A stretch of 64,000 nucleotides of DNA from Escherichia coli (lineage in GTDB: Bacteria; Pseudomonadota; Gammaproteobacteria; Enterobacterales; Enterobacteriaceae). Numbering within the stretch: the stretch's first letter is position 1; the number at the start of each line of letters is the position of its first letter. The DNA is taken from NCBI RefSeq assembly GCF_013315695.1, contig NZ_CP054353.1, one strand, 5' to 3'. The translations under genes were made by a program, and so were the position numbers. The notes beneath the pieces were generated by a model. That model did no database searches. It saw only the letters and a list, made by a program, of their open reading frames with translations, and was not told the DNA's origin. Shown in pieces: positions 20,022-30,500 of the stretch.

Positions 20022-20864
20022 TCAGCATTTCTGCACAGTATTTAACAACTTCTCCAAATTCTGATACATCGCGCTATTAATATCGCTGTTCTGCCAACCT
20101 TCCACATTAAAGGTTAATTGCCAGCTGCCGTTGCACTGGTTACGCAGAACAATATCGCTTTCCAGTCGGTTACGAACATATTTATAATAGGTTGTCATTG
20201 TCATATTATGCGCTGACAATAAATTATCGAGTTTGTCTTTTCCTGGTGCGAGGGTTTGTGATAGTAACGGTACGGAATTATTTTCTCCAGCAGAAGTTAA
20301 ATGAAATATTTTTATTCTTGGACTGTTAATTGACTCTTTTACCAGTTGCGGGGCGTCAGGTGTACTTTTCAAGTGTGAATACCCCACGGTCGAGCCAATA
20401 AATATAACAGCCGCGGTCAACGCTAACCCCATCAGTCCTTTATGTTTTTTTCTAACTGGTACAGGCGGTGTTGTCGAAGATATCTCTTCTGACACAGTTT
20501 CCTGTACCTGGTCGGTAATAATCAGCGCTTCCGCAGGCGATAACTCCGGCAAAGACACATACTCTTTATTGCACAAGTAACCTTTCTTCGGAATTGTTTT
20601 AATAATGTTCTGTTGTTTGCCATCATCGTCGATAGCAACGCGCAACGCATGGATCGCCGTCGGCAGGCTGTTACCGCCGACTATGCGGTTCTTCCATACT
20701 TCGGCACATAAATAAGATCGCGATAAAACCACATCGGCATTTTTTGCTAATGTTTCCAGCAAAATAAAATGGTATTCGCCGAGACGACGTGTTTCACCCG
20801 TTTCGCAATGTATTAAGGCATTAAGCGACGGGTCCATCCGCCAGTTGTTGATAATAATACTCAT
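20022..20864 (-). CDS. Membrane-anchored winged-helix transcriptional regulator (ToxR/CadC-like) in LafZ position
   Basis: N-terminal OmpR/PhoB-type winged-helix region, one hydrophobic TM segment (GLMGLALTAAVIFIGSTVGY), periplasmic C-terminal domain; alternative start at 20915. Confidence 0.6.
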   Translation of the reverse strand: MSIIINNWRMDPSLNALIHCETGETRRLGEYHFILLETLAKNADVVLSRSYLCAEVWKNRIVGGNSLPTAIHALRVAIDDDGKQQNIIKTIPKKGYLCNKEYVSLPELSPAEALIITDQVQETVSEEISSTTPPVPVRKKHKGLMGLALTAAVIFIGSTVGYSHLKSTPDAPQLVKESINSPRIKIFHLTSAGENNSVPLLSQTLAPGKDKLDNLLSAHNMTMTTYYKYVRNRLESDIVLRNQCNGSWQLTFNVEGWQNSDINSAMYQNLEKLLNTVQKC

Positions 20865-21350
20865 AGTTGAGTTTACCTTAGCAAGGGATAAATGTTTCCT
20901 GATAGTGCTTTGCATAAAGCACAGTCTTATACGTCCCTGAGAAGATGATTTTTCTGCGTGATAATTAATATTTTATGGTAATAGGATTATTCTTAATCAC
21001 TATATGGCGTGGAAATGTAACGAAATGACAGGACAGGTACAATAGCCAAATGTGTACTATTTGCAACGCAATGTAAATTTTGGCATCAGTACATTGAGAA
21101 CAAAACGCGATAATTGATGGCAATCTTAACTATATCAAGCATTTGATAAAGACATATTTTGATACCTGGCCATGTGGCAGATATTGCTAATAATCTTTTT
21201 ATCTGAATTTAAACTCTGCTTTTTTTTAGCTAAAAGTGGCATCGGATAATACGTGGCGAAAAAATTTTAACGGCGATTTTAAGTTTGCTCCTGAGGTGTC
21301 GTTTTTACAGGGTATCGAAACGAAAACGATTAATCCCAAGGAGCAGTATC

Positions 21351-22265
21351 ATGTTATCTATTAACACCAATAACGCCTCAATGGCCGCCGTTAATGCAAT
21401 CAGCAAAAGCAGCTCTTCTCTGTCTACATCTATGGAACGCCTGGCAACGGGTAACCGGATTAACTCTTCTGCCGATGACGCAGCGGGCAAACAAATTGCT
21501 AACCGTCTGACAGCACAGTCCAGCGGTATGGGTGTGGCGCTGAGCAACATCAATGATGCCACCGCGATGCTGCAAACCGCCGACAGCATGTTCGACGAAA
21601 TGTCTGATGTGCTGGGTCGTATGAAAGACCTGTCAACTCAGGCAGCGAACGGCACCTACAGCGACGACGACCTGCAGGCGATGCAGGACGAATACGACGA
21701 ACTGGGTCAGCAGATGTCTGACATGCTGCAAAACACCACTTACGGCGGTACCAACCTGTTCGGTGTTTCCGGCACCAGCAACACCGGTACTGACGGCCTG
21801 TTCCAGAGCGCGGTAACTTTCCAGGTGGGCGCGGAATCTTCCGACACCATGACCGTGAACATTTCAAGCCAACTGAACACCCTGGTGACCGATCTTTCTT
21901 CTATCAGCAACTCCTTTAGTGCGGATCAGGCTGACACCACGGGCACCGCAGGTGTTTCTGGCGGTACTGAGCTGACCGCGTCTGGCTCGGCTAACCAGAT
22001 GATCACCAGCATCTCTACCGCGATGGATGATGTTTCGCAGATCCAATCCAAGCTGGGTGCGTCTATTAACCGTCTGAACGACACTGCCAACAACCTGACC
22101 AGCATGCAGAACAACACGGAAGTCGCTATCGGTAACATCATGGATACCGACTACGCGACGGAAGCGTCCAACATGACCAAACAACAGGTGCTGATGCAGA
22201 CCGGCATCACTATGCTGAAACAGTCCAACAGCATGTCCAGCATGGTTTCCAGCCTGCTGCAGTAA
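21351..22265 (+). CDS. lafA: Lateral-type flagellin (LafA)
   Basis: 304 aa; canonical flagellin N-terminus (MLSINTNNASM...LATGNRINSSADDAAG); AAGGAG SD 8 nt upstream of the ATG. Confidence 0.9.
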   Translation: MLSINTNNASMAAVNAISKSSSSLSTSMERLATGNRINSSADDAAGKQIANRLTAQSSGMGVALSNINDATAMLQTADSMFDEMSDVLGRMKDLSTQAANGTYSDDDLQAMQDEYDELGQQMSDMLQNTTYGGTNLFGVSGTSNTGTDGLFQSAVTFQVGAESSDTMTVNISSQLNTLVTDLSSISNSFSADQADTTGTAGVSGGTELTASGSANQMITSISTAMDDVSQIQSKLGASINRLNDTANNLTSMQNNTEVAIGNIMDTDYATEASNMTKQQVLMQTGITMLKQSNSMSSMVSSLLQ

Positions 22266-22267
22266 TG

Positions 22268-22306
<39 letters not shown>

Positions 22307-22312
22307 ACGAAC

Positions 22313-22341
22313 AACACCGCCTGCGGGCGGTGTTGTTCTTT
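22313..22341 (+). terminator. Rho-independent terminator after lafA
   Basis: Hairpin AACACCGCC-TGCG-GGCGGTGTT followed by a T-rich tract (GTTCTTT). Confidence 0.55.
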
Positions 22342-22470
22342 CTGCGGCAGGCCTTTTTCCGCCAGACCGGAAACACCATTTCCGCCCCTTTTTCAATTTA
22401 TTGATTATTCACATAAAAATTATTGGCACGCCTTTTGCCAATAACCTGACATCGTTATCCGGAGTCATCA

Positions 22471-23787
22471 ATGATCAACCCAAGAACCATTGCGCAAGAA
22501 ATCGCCTATGCGGATGTTGCCACTCAGGCGGCAAACTTGCAGGAGAAGCAGAGCGAGCTGGATGCGGAAAGCAGCGGCCTGGACTCGCTCAGCTCAGCGT
22601 TGAGCGATTTTCAGAGCGCCGTTGACGCGCTGAACAGCGATACTGACGGCCCGGTGACGTTTGCCGCCACCAGCAATAATGACTCGGCGACCGTTTCCGC
22701 CAATTCCCAGGCGCAGGCGGGAAGCTACTCATTTTTCGTTGAGCAACTGGCACAGGGGCAGCAAACCACGTTCAGTATGGGCGACGACGCCTTTTCCGCT
22801 ACCGGCACCTTCGAACTGACGATGGGCGGCAGCACCATGGATATCGATCTGTCGGCGGCGGATCAAAACGGTGACGGCGACGGTTTTATCGACGCCAGTG
22901 AACTGGTGAATGCGATTAACGACTCTGATGACAATCCGGGCGTGTCGGCGGCACTGGTAAAAACCGACGGCACCACCACGATTATGCTCACCTCCGATAG
23001 CACCGGGGCGCAGAGCGCATTTTCGGTGAGCGTAACGGGGCATGACGCCAGCAACGACAGCGCCAGCGCGCCTGTTGCTACGGATGTTTCCTCCGCCCAG
23101 GACGCGATTATTCATCTCGGCAGCGCCACGGGGCCAGAGATCACTAATAGCAGCAATACCTTTGATGATGTGATCCCCGGCGTCACCATGACTTTCACCG
23201 AAGTCAGCGATTCTGACAGCGATCTCACTACCTTTAACATCAGCGAAGATTCCAGCGCCAGCCAGGAGAAAGTACAGACCTTTGTCGATGCATATAACAC
23301 CTTGATTGATACGGTTGATTCGCTGACCACCCACGGTGATGACAGTACCAGCGCCGGGGTATTTGCAGGCGACGCCGGACTCAGCTCACTGGCAAACCAG
23401 CTCGATGACATCGCCCATGCCAGCTACAACGGCGTGTCGATTGTCGACTATGGCATTACGCTCGATTCTCACGGCCATTTACAGATTGATTCAGACCAGT
23501 TCAACGACGCGATGAAGAGCGATCCCGACGGCCTGACCTCTATTTTCGTCGGCGATAACAGCATGGTGGCGCAGATGGACAGCCTTATTGACACCTATAC
23601 CGACTCCAGCAACGGCATCATCACCCTGCGCCAGCAGAACATTGACGATCAGATGAGCAAAATTCAGGACGAAGGCGATCAGCTTACCGATACCTATAAC
23701 GCCAACTACGACCGTTATCTGGAGGAGTACACCAACACGCTGGTTGAGGTGTACACCATGAAAGCCAGCATGGCGGCATTCGCGTAA
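22471..23787 (+). CDS. lafB: Flagellar filament cap protein, FliD family (LafB)
   Basis: 438 aa; FliD-like N-terminal coiled-coil region and overall composition. Confidence 0.8.
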   Translation: MINPRTIAQEIAYADVATQAANLQEKQSELDAESSGLDSLSSALSDFQSAVDALNSDTDGPVTFAATSNNDSATVSANSQAQAGSYSFFVEQLAQGQQTTFSMGDDAFSATGTFELTMGGSTMDIDLSAADQNGDGDGFIDASELVNAINDSDDNPGVSAALVKTDGTTTIMLTSDSTGAQSAFSVSVTGHDASNDSASAPVATDVSSAQDAIIHLGSATGPEITNSSNTFDDVIPGVTMTFTEVSDSDSDLTTFNISEDSSASQEKVQTFVDAYNTLIDTVDSLTTHGDDSTSAGVFAGDAGLSSLANQLDDIAHASYNGVSIVDYGITLDSHGHLQIDSDQFNDAMKSDPDGLTSIFVGDNSMVAQMDSLIDTYTDSSNGIITLRQQNIDDQMSKIQDEGDQLTDTYNANYDRYLEEYTNTLVEVYTMKASMAAFA

Positions 23788-23809
23788 CTCAGAAGGAATA
23801 TCCCTAAAG

Positions 23810-24202
23810 ATGTACCAAGTACAGGATGGCTATTCGCAATACAAAGAGGTCGATCTCGCGGCGCGTACCGCTGCGGCATCGCCTCTTGAACTGGTGCTGG
23901 TGCTGTTTTCTGGCCTGATGGACGAGCTGGAACGCGCCAGAAGCCACATTGAAGGGCGGCGTTTCGAGAAGAAAGCCCAGAGCATCAATAAATGCATCGA
24001 CATTCTCAATGCGCTCACCAGTTCGCTGGAGTTTGAAACCGGTGGCGAGCTGGTGGTGAATCTTTCTCGCCTCTATGACCACTGCGTGTATCGCTTGTAT
24101 GAAGCCAGTGGCGAACTGTCGGCAGAGAAAATCGATGAAGTGATGCTGATCTTAAGCAACCTGCGTGAAGGCTGGGAAGGGCTTTCGGGCAAGCTGGGTT
24201 AA
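23810..24202 (+). CDS. lafC: Flagellin chaperone FliS family (LafC)
   Basis: 130 aa; helical-bundle protein with the FliS-like N-terminus MYQVQDGYSQY; position after the fliD-like gene. Confidence 0.8.
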   Translation: MYQVQDGYSQYKEVDLAARTAAASPLELVLVLFSGLMDELERARSHIEGRRFEKKAQSINKCIDILNALTSSLEFETGGELVVNLSRLYDHCVYRLYEASGELSAEKIDEVMLILSNLREGWEGLSGKLG

Positions 24203-24206
24203 GACG

Positions 24207-24518
24207 ATGGAAAAACAACGCAGGCAACTTTTCGCGCTGGTTGAAGCGATGAACGAAGCCCTCGACAAGCAACGCTGGCGACGCCTTCCGGCACTGCATC
24301 AGCAGTTGATGCGCCAGTTTCACGATTACGTGGCGGCGGAAACCGACGCGGCGCAGTTGTGTGCGGTGAAGGCGCAGCTGTACGGCGCGTTTAATGCCCT
24401 GATTAAACGGCGCGAGCAGCGTGCAGAAGTGTTGAAGGCGCGTATGGAACAGCATCAGCGGCATCAGGAAGGCGTACTGGCCTACTCAATTGTTAATTTA
24501 CTTTCGGAGAAGTCATGA
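24207..24518 (+). CDS. Hypothetical small helical protein (FliT-like position, LafD)
   Basis: 103 aa from ATG at 24207; assignment by position only. Confidence 0.4.
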   Translation: MEKQRRQLFALVEAMNEALDKQRWRRLPALHQQLMRQFHDYVAAETDAAQLCAVKAQLYGAFNALIKRREQRAEVLKARMEQHQRHQEGVLAYSIVNLLSEKS

Positions 24519-25603
24519 ATCCGGCATTGCTTGCCACGCTCGGAACACTTGCGGAAACGGCGTCGCTGAAAGCGGATATTTTACCGCCGGTGAGTAGTGA
24601 AAACGCGCCCGCGTTTACCCTGCCGAAAATGGCGGTCGCGGCGGTGGCGGAGCGCGTTCATAGCGCTAAAACCAGTCAGCATCAGGCGACGCGCCCGCAG
24701 GAGAACGATCCGGTGGCGATGCAGGCGCTAATGGCGCTGTTACTTCCGCAACCTGCCGCGCCGCATCAGGACACGCCGCAGCCGCGAAACGTCGCAACAT
24801 CGCCGGTTATCCAGCAATTGACGAAAGCGGTGGTGCAAAACGCGCCGCAACGCCCGACGCAGCAGCAGGAACTCACGTCGTTGCCGCCGCAGTTGCAGGA
24901 ACTCACGTCGTTGCCGCCGCAGTTGCAGGAACTGATCGGTCAGTTGCCGCAGGCGAAACCCGAACAGCAGGCCAGACTGGCGACTTACGCCAGTGACGAT
25001 TTACATGCCATTGCGCCGACGCAGCCGCGCGTCTCAACACCGCCAGCTCGCCCGAAACCTGAACTACCCCGTGTGAACGCGCGCCCGCAGGTCGAGCGTA
25101 AAACGGAAAAAGTGCCGGACAGCGAACCGGTTATTGCGCGTGCGGTGTTGCAGGTTAAGACGCCGGATCTGGTCAGCGAACATCATGAGATTGTCGCCAA
25201 ACCAGCCACGCTTTCGATGGACGAACTGGGCGAAAAACTGACGACGCTGTTGAAAGATCAGATCCACTTTCAGCTCAACAAACAACAGCAGATCTCCACC
25301 ATCCGTCTCGATCCACCGTCGCTTGGCAAGCTTGAGATCGCCGTACAACTCGATAACGGCAAACTGATGGTGCACATCGGCGCGAACCAAAGTGAAGTTT
25401 GCCGCGCGTTACAACAGTTTAGCGACGATCTCTGCCAGCATTTGACGGCGCAAAATTTTATGGAGGTGAACGTACAGGTTTCCTCCGAAGGGCAGTCGCA
25501 GCAACAACAGTCGGGCCATCAGCAGGAAGAGGTGAGTGCCGCCTTACAGCTTGATGATGCGCCTCAATTTCAACAGAACGAATCCGTTTTGATCAAAGTG
25601 TAA
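24515..25603 (+). CDS. lafE: Hook-length control protein, FliK family (LafE)
   Basis: 362 aa; Pro/Gln-rich linker with tandem repeat and C-terminal Flg_hook-like domain (LGKLEIAVQLDNGKLMVHI). Confidence 0.7.
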   Translation: MNPALLATLGTLAETASLKADILPPVSSENAPAFTLPKMAVAAVAERVHSAKTSQHQATRPQENDPVAMQALMALLLPQPAAPHQDTPQPRNVATSPVIQQLTKAVVQNAPQRPTQQQELTSLPPQLQELTSLPPQLQELIGQLPQAKPEQQARLATYASDDLHAIAPTQPRVSTPPARPKPELPRVNARPQVERKTEKVPDSEPVIARAVLQVKTPDLVSEHHEIVAKPATLSMDELGEKLTTLLKDQIHFQLNKQQQISTIRLDPPSLGKLEIAVQLDNGKLMVHIGANQSEVCRALQQFSDDLCQHLTAQNFMEVNVQVSSEGQSQQQQSGHQQEEVSAALQLDDAPQFQQNESVLIKV

Positions 25604-25610
25604 AGGCAAT

Positions 25611-26078
25611 ATGAAGAAAATCGTGGTGGCGGGCGTGGTCAGCGCCGTTCTGGCGTTGGTGGTGGGGGCCGGAGCTGGATGGGGTGTCTGGCATCATTAT
25701 GCCGGAAAAGGAAAACCGACTGCCGCCGCGCAGACGGAAACGGTGGAAACCCTGGATGAAAGCAAAAGCGTATTTGTGACGTTGCCGGAAACCATTGTCA
25801 CGCTGCATGACAACAACGGCGCGGACCATTATTTGTCGGCGGAATTAGTGATGGTGGTCGCCAGTGACAAAGAAGCGGAAAAAATAAAACATCAGGAGCC
25901 GCTGTATCAAAGTATTGCAGTTGAATGCCTGACGGAAATGAAATTTGAAGATTTGCGTGGCATGAAAATATCCGCCATCCGCAAACTGATTTCGGATGCG
26001 TTAAAGAAAGATCTTCAACGTCGCAAAATGAGCGCACCGTATAAGGATTTGCTGGTGAAAAAAGTGGTCTTCCAGTAA
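25611..26078 (+). CDS. lafF: Flagellar basal-body-associated protein, FliL family (LafF)
   Basis: 155 aa with a single N-terminal TM helix and FliL-like C-terminal region. Confidence 0.65.
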   Translation: MKKIVVAGVVSAVLALVVGAGAGWGVWHHYAGKGKPTAAAQTETVETLDESKSVFVTLPETIVTLHDNNGADHYLSAELVMVVASDKEAEKIKHQEPLYQSIAVECLTEMKFEDLRGMKISAIRKLISDALKKDLQRRKMSAPYKDLLVKKVVFQ

Positions 26079-26097
26079 TCACCAGGCGGATATAAAC

Positions 26098-26817
26098 ATG
26101 CTACAGGACGTATTATTCGAGTCAGAAGAATTTGCTGCCGCGCCGGTATTAACCCCGCAGCAGGAGAGCCACTACTTGCAGGCCTATTTACCTCTGGTGC
26201 GTAAAGTGGTGCGGCAACTTGCCCCGCAGTGTAATTGCATTATTGATCGTCAGGATATGGAACAAACGGCGTTAATGGGGCTGTTGAACGCCATTCGTCG
26301 CTATGGGCTGCCGGACGAAGGTTTTGCGGGCTATGCCGTGCACCGGATTCGCGGCGCGATCCTTGATGAGCTGCGCGCTCTCGACTGGCGACCGCGCCAG
26401 CTGCGACAGAAATATCATCAGATGAAAGACCTGATTCGCGAAACGCGTAAAAAACTGGGGCACGAACCGGAGTGGCAGGAGCTGGCTGAGGAAGGGATCT
26501 CGCATGAAGATTATCTCGAATATCAGCAACTGGAAGGGGCGGAAACGCTCGCCAGCCTGGACGAACTGCTGAACGGCGAAGGGCCAGGCATTCCGCTTGC
26601 TGGCAGAGACCTGGAAGATCAGTTTGTCACCCAGCAAATGCTGCAACACGCGCTTTCACAATTAAGCGAAAAAGAGCAACTGATCCTCTCCATGTATTAC
26701 CAGCATGAGATGAATCTCAAAGAGATTGCGCTGGTATTAGGGCTAACCGAGGCCCGAATTTGTCAACTGAATAAACAGATCGCGCAGAAAATTCGTGATT
26801 TTGTCTATCCGAATTAA
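26098..26817 (+). CDS. lafS: Flagellar sigma-28 factor, FliA family (LafS)
   Basis: 239 aa; sigma-70 region 2 and region 4 helix-turn-helix (LKEIALVLGLTEARICQL). Confidence 0.85.
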   Translation: MLQDVLFESEEFAAAPVLTPQQESHYLQAYLPLVRKVVRQLAPQCNCIIDRQDMEQTALMGLLNAIRRYGLPDEGFAGYAVHRIRGAILDELRALDWRPRQLRQKYHQMKDLIRETRKKLGHEPEWQELAEEGISHEDYLEYQQLEGAETLASLDELLNGEGPGIPLAGRDLEDQFVTQQMLQHALSQLSEKEQLILSMYYQHEMNLKEIALVLGLTEARICQLNKQIAQKIRDFVYPN

Positions 26818-26829
26818 AGTGAAGAAATC

Positions 26830-27693
26830 ATGCAAAAAATATTAGGTTTACTGGTGGTGCTCGGCTGCGTATTTGGCGGTTATTTTGAAGCGGGCGGCCA
26901 ATTAGTGGCTATCTGGCAGCCTGCAGAGATAGTTATTATTTTAGGTGCTGGTTTCGGGGCGATGATTATTGGGAACCCGAAACATGTGCTGAAAGAGATT
27001 GCCCATCAAATTAAAGGCGTGATCAGTAAAAAACAGCTCGGGCCGGAGTTTCAGCGCCAGCTATTAATGTGCCTGTATGAGTTGCTTGAAATGGTACAAA
27101 ACGGCGGTCTGCGGATGTTGGATCAGCATATTGAGCAGCCGGAAGAGAGTACCGTTTTCCAGAAATACCCGCTGGTGTTAACCCAGAAGCGGCTGGTGAC
27201 TTTTATTGCCGATAACTTTCGCCTGATGGCGATGGGTAAAATCGACGCCCATGAACTGGAAGGCATTCTCGATCAGGAGCTGGATACCGCCGAAGAGTCG
27301 CTGCTAACGCCGTCACGCTCGCTGCAACGGACCGCCGAAGCGATGCCGGGATTTGGTATTTGTGCAGCAGTGTTGGGCATCATCATTACCATGCAGTCGA
27401 TTGACGGCTCTATCGCCCTGATCGGCCTGAAAGTGGCGGCAGCGCTGGTGGGGACGTTTTTAGGCGTGTTTATCTGCTACTGCCTGATGGATCCGCTTGC
27501 CAACGCCATGGAACAACAGGCGCGGGCGGAACATTCGCTGCTGGAGTGTGTGCGTACCGTGCTGGTGGCCCAGGCGGGCGGCAAACCGACGCTGTTGGCG
27601 GTGGACGCCGGGCGTAAGTTGCTGCATCTGGCGTCCAAACCGACCTTCGCCAACCTCGACGCGTGGGTGAATGCGATGCTGGAGCAAGAATAA
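26830..27693 (+). CDS. lafT: Flagellar stator protein MotA family (LafT)
   Basis: 287 aa polytopic membrane protein with a MotA/TolQ/ExbB-type channel region. Confidence 0.85.
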   Translation: MQKILGLLVVLGCVFGGYFEAGGQLVAIWQPAEIVIILGAGFGAMIIGNPKHVLKEIAHQIKGVISKKQLGPEFQRQLLMCLYELLEMVQNGGLRMLDQHIEQPEESTVFQKYPLVLTQKRLVTFIADNFRLMAMGKIDAHELEGILDQELDTAEESLLTPSRSLQRTAEAMPGFGICAAVLGIIITMQSIDGSIALIGLKVAAALVGTFLGVFICYCLMDPLANAMEQQARAEHSLLECVRTVLVAQAGGKPTLLAVDAGRKLLHLASKPTFANLDAWVNAMLEQE

Positions 27694-27695
27694 GC

Positions 27696-28619
27696 ATGAG
27701 AAAGACGGGCAACCGCCGCGAGCGTGGGGCAAAAACCACCATCGTCCGGCGGCAGATCAAAAAGAATCATGCCGGGCATCATGGCGGGGCGTGGAAGGTG
27801 GCGTTCGCCGACTTTACCCTGGCGATGATGGCGCTATTTATGACGCTGTGGATTGTCAACAGCGTCAGTAAATCCGAGCGTGAAAGCATTATCGCCGCGC
27901 TGCACGGGCAGTCGATTTTTAATGGTGGAGGGCTGTCGCCGTTAAATAAAATCAGCCCGTCTCATCCGCCAAAACCTGCCACCGTGGCGGTGCCGGAAGA
28001 GACGGAGAAAAAAGCGCGTGACGTCAATGAGAAAACGGCGCTGCTGAAGAAGAAATCCGCTACTGAGCTTGGCGAGCTGGCGACCAGTATCAACACTATT
28101 GCCCGTGATGCACATATGGAAGCGAATCTGGAGATGGAGATTGTTCCCCAGGGACTGCGCGTGCTGATTAAAGATGACCAGAACCGCAATATGTTTGAAC
28201 GCGGCAGCGCACAGATTATGCCGTTCTTTAAAACTTTGCTGGTGGAGTTAGCGCCGGTTTTTGATTCGCTCGACAATAAGATCATCATCACCGGGCATAC
28301 CGATGCGATGGCCTACAAAAACAATATCTACAACAACTGGAACCTTTCGGGTGACCGCGCGCTTTCGGCTCGTCGGGTGCTGGAAGAGGCAGGAATGCCG
28401 GAAGATAAAGTGATGCAGGTGAGCGCAATGGCGGACCAGATGCTGCTGGATGCCAAAAATCCGCAAAGCGCGGGCAACCGGCGCATTGAGATTATGGTGC
28501 TGACTAAAAGCGCGTCCGATACGCTGTATCAATACTTTGGTCAGCATGGGGATAAAGTGGTGCAGCCGCTGGTGCAAAAGCTGGATAAGCAGCAGGTACT
28601 TTCACAGCGAACGCGCTAG
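27696..28619 (+). CDS. lafU: Flagellar stator protein MotB family (LafU)
   Basis: ATG at 27696 immediately after the lafT stop; N-terminal TM helix and C-terminal OmpA-like peptidoglycan-binding motif (NWNLSGDRALSARRV). Confidence 0.85.
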   Translation: MRKTGNRRERGAKTTIVRRQIKKNHAGHHGGAWKVAFADFTLAMMALFMTLWIVNSVSKSERESIIAALHGQSIFNGGGLSPLNKISPSHPPKPATVAVPEETEKKARDVNEKTALLKKKSATELGELATSINTIARDAHMEANLEMEIVPQGLRVLIKDDQNRNMFERGSAQIMPFFKTLLVELAPVFDSLDNKIIITGHTDAMAYKNNIYNNWNLSGDRALSARRVLEEAGMPEDKVMQVSAMADQMLLDAKNPQSAGNRRIEIMVLTKSASDTLYQYFGQHGDKVVQPLVQKLDKQQVLSQRTR

Positions 28620-28657
28620 ATGCTGAATCTTTACGCATTTCTCAAACCCTGAAATCA

Positions 28658-28673
28658 CTGTATACTTTACCAG
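28658..28673 (+). promoter_or_regulatory. LexA (SOS) box upstream of dinB
   Basis: CTGTATACTTTACCAG matches CTGT-N8-ACAG, 17 nt upstream of the dinB start. Confidence 0.65.
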
Positions 28674-28689
28674 TGTTGAGAGGTGAGCA

Positions 28690-29745
28690 ATGCGTAAAAT
28701 CATTCATGTGGATATGGACTGCTTTTTCGCAGCGGTGGAGATGCGCGACAATCCCGCTCTGCGCGATATCCCTATTGCTATTGGCGGCAGCCGCGAACGT
28801 CGGGGGGTGATCAGCACCGCCAATTATCCCGCGCGTAAATTTGGCGTACGCAGCGCTATGCCGACAGGGATGGCGCTCAAATTATGCCCACATCTCACCT
28901 TGCTTCCGGGGCGCTTTGACGCCTACAAAGAAGCCTCAAATCATATCCGAGAAATTTTCTCGCGCTATACCTCGCGCATTGAACCGTTATCACTGGATGA
29001 AGCCTATCTCGACGTCACCGATAGTGTGCATTGCCACGGTTCTGCGACCCTCATCGCCAAGGAAATCCGTCAGACGATCTTTAACGAGCTGCAACTGACG
29101 GCATCTGCGGGCGTTGCGCCGGTAAAGTTTCTCGCCAAAATTGCTTCCGACATGAATAAACCCAACGGTCAGTTTGTGATTACGCCGGCAGAAGTTCCGG
29201 CATTTCTGCAAACCTTACCGCTGGCAAAAATTCCCGGCGTCGGCAAAGTCTCGGCGGCAAAACTGGAAGCGATGGGGCTACGGACCTGCGGCGATGTACA
29301 AAAGTGTGATCTGGTGACTCTGCTCAAACGTTTTGGCAAATTTGGACGCATTTTGTGGGAGCGTAGTCAGGGCATTGACGAGCGCGACGTTAACAGCGAG
29401 CGGTTGCGAAAATCCGTCGGCGTGGAACGCACGATGGCGGAAGATATTCATCACTGGTCTGAATGTGAAGCGATTATCGAGCGGCTGTATCCTGAACTTG
29501 AACGCCGTCTGGCAAAGGTAAAACCTGATTTACTGATTGCTCGCCAGGGGGTGAAATTAAAGTTTGATGATTTTCAGCAAACCACTCAGGAGCACGTCTG
29601 GCCGCGGCTGAATAAAGCTGACTTAATCGCCACCGCGCGTAAAACCTGGAATGAACGCCGTGGCGGGCGCGGTGTGCGTCTGGTGGGGCTGCATGTGACG
29701 TTGCTTGACCCTCAAATGGAAAGACAACTGGTGCTGGGATTATGA
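28690..29745 (+). CDS. dinB: DNA polymerase IV (Y-family translesion polymerase)
   Basis: 351 aa; N-terminal [14 protein letters not shown] motif and full-length Y-family architecture. Confidence 0.95.
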   Translation: MRKIIHVDMDCFFAAVEMRDNPALRDIPIAIGGSRERRGVISTANYPARKFGVRSAMPTGMALKLCPHLTLLPGRFDAYKEASNHIREIFSRYTSRIEPLSLDEAYLDVTDSVHCHGSATLIAKEIRQTIFNELQLTASAGVAPVKFLAKIASDMNKPNGQFVITPAEVPAFLQTLPLAKIPGVGKVSAAKLEAMGLRTCGDVQKCDLVTLLKRFGKFGRILWERSQGIDERDVNSERLRKSVGVERTMAEDIHHWSECEAIIERLYPELERRLAKVKPDLLIARQGVKLKFDDFQQTTQEHVWPRLNKADLIATARKTWNERRGGRGVRLVGLHVTLLDPQMERQLVLGL

Positions 29746-29796
29746 TGTATACTATTATGTATATTCTGATGTGCATTATTATGAGGGGATCACTGT

Positions 29797-30090
29797 ATGC
29801 ATCGAATTCTCGCTGAAAAATCGGTCAATATCACTGAGTTACGTAAAAACCCAGCTAAATACTTTATTGATCAACCGGTTGCGGTTCTTTCTAATAATCG
29901 CCCCGCAGGATATCTCTTAAGTGCCAGCGCATTTGAAGCGTTAATGGACATGCTTGCTGAACAAGAGGAGAAAAAACTGGTTAAGGCGCGCTTCCGTCCG
30001 AGTGCCGCAAGATTAGAGGAAATTACACGCCGCGCTGAACAATATCTTAATGATATGACGGATGATGATTTCAATGACTTTAAGGAATAA
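29797..30090 (+). CDS. yafN: Antitoxin YafN (Phd/YefM-type)
   Basis: 97 aa; position downstream of dinB and upstream of the yafO-like gene. Confidence 0.85.
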   Translation: MHRILAEKSVNITELRKNPAKYFIDQPVAVLSNNRPAGYLLSASAFEALMDMLAEQEEKKLVKARFRPSAARLEEITRRAEQYLNDMTDDDFNDFKE

Positions 30091-30092
30091 GG

Positions 30093-30491
30093 ATGCGGGT
30101 ATTCAAAACAAAACTTATTCGCCTGCAACTTACAGCAGAGGAACTTGATGCGTTAACGGCGGATTTTATTTCCTATAAGCGTGACGGTGTTTTGCCAGAT
30201 ATATTTGGTCGCGATGCACTCTACGACGACTCGTTTACCTGGCCATTAATCAAATTTGAGCGAGTTGCTCATATTCATCTGGCAAATGTGAATAATCCAT
30301 TTCCGCCACAGTTGCGCCAATTCAGCAGAACGAATGACGAAGCGCATTTGGTATATTGTCAGGGTGCGTTTGATGAGCAAGCATGGTTGCTCATTGCCAT
30401 TCTGAAACCTGAACCTCATAAACTGGCTCGAGATAACAACCAAATGCATAAAATTGGGAAAATGGCAGAAGCGTTTCGCATGCGTTTTTGA
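30093..30491 (+). CDS. yafO: Ribosome-dependent mRNA interferase toxin YafO
   Basis: 132 aa; begins 2 nt after the yafN stop in the dinB-yafN-yafO-yafP arrangement. Confidence 0.85.
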   Translation: MRVFKTKLIRLQLTAEELDALTADFISYKRDGVLPDIFGRDALYDDSFTWPLIKFERVAHIHLANVNNPFPPQLRQFSRTNDEAHLVYCQGAFDEQAWLLIAILKPEPHKLARDNNQMHKIGKMAEAFRMRF

Positions 30492-30500
30492 ATTTATATT

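Noticed and set aside
21100-21350. Search for a canonical sigma-28 promoter upstream of lafA
   Set aside because: Only partial matches (for example TAAAAG...TCGGATAA with wrong spacing) were found; not reported as a feature.
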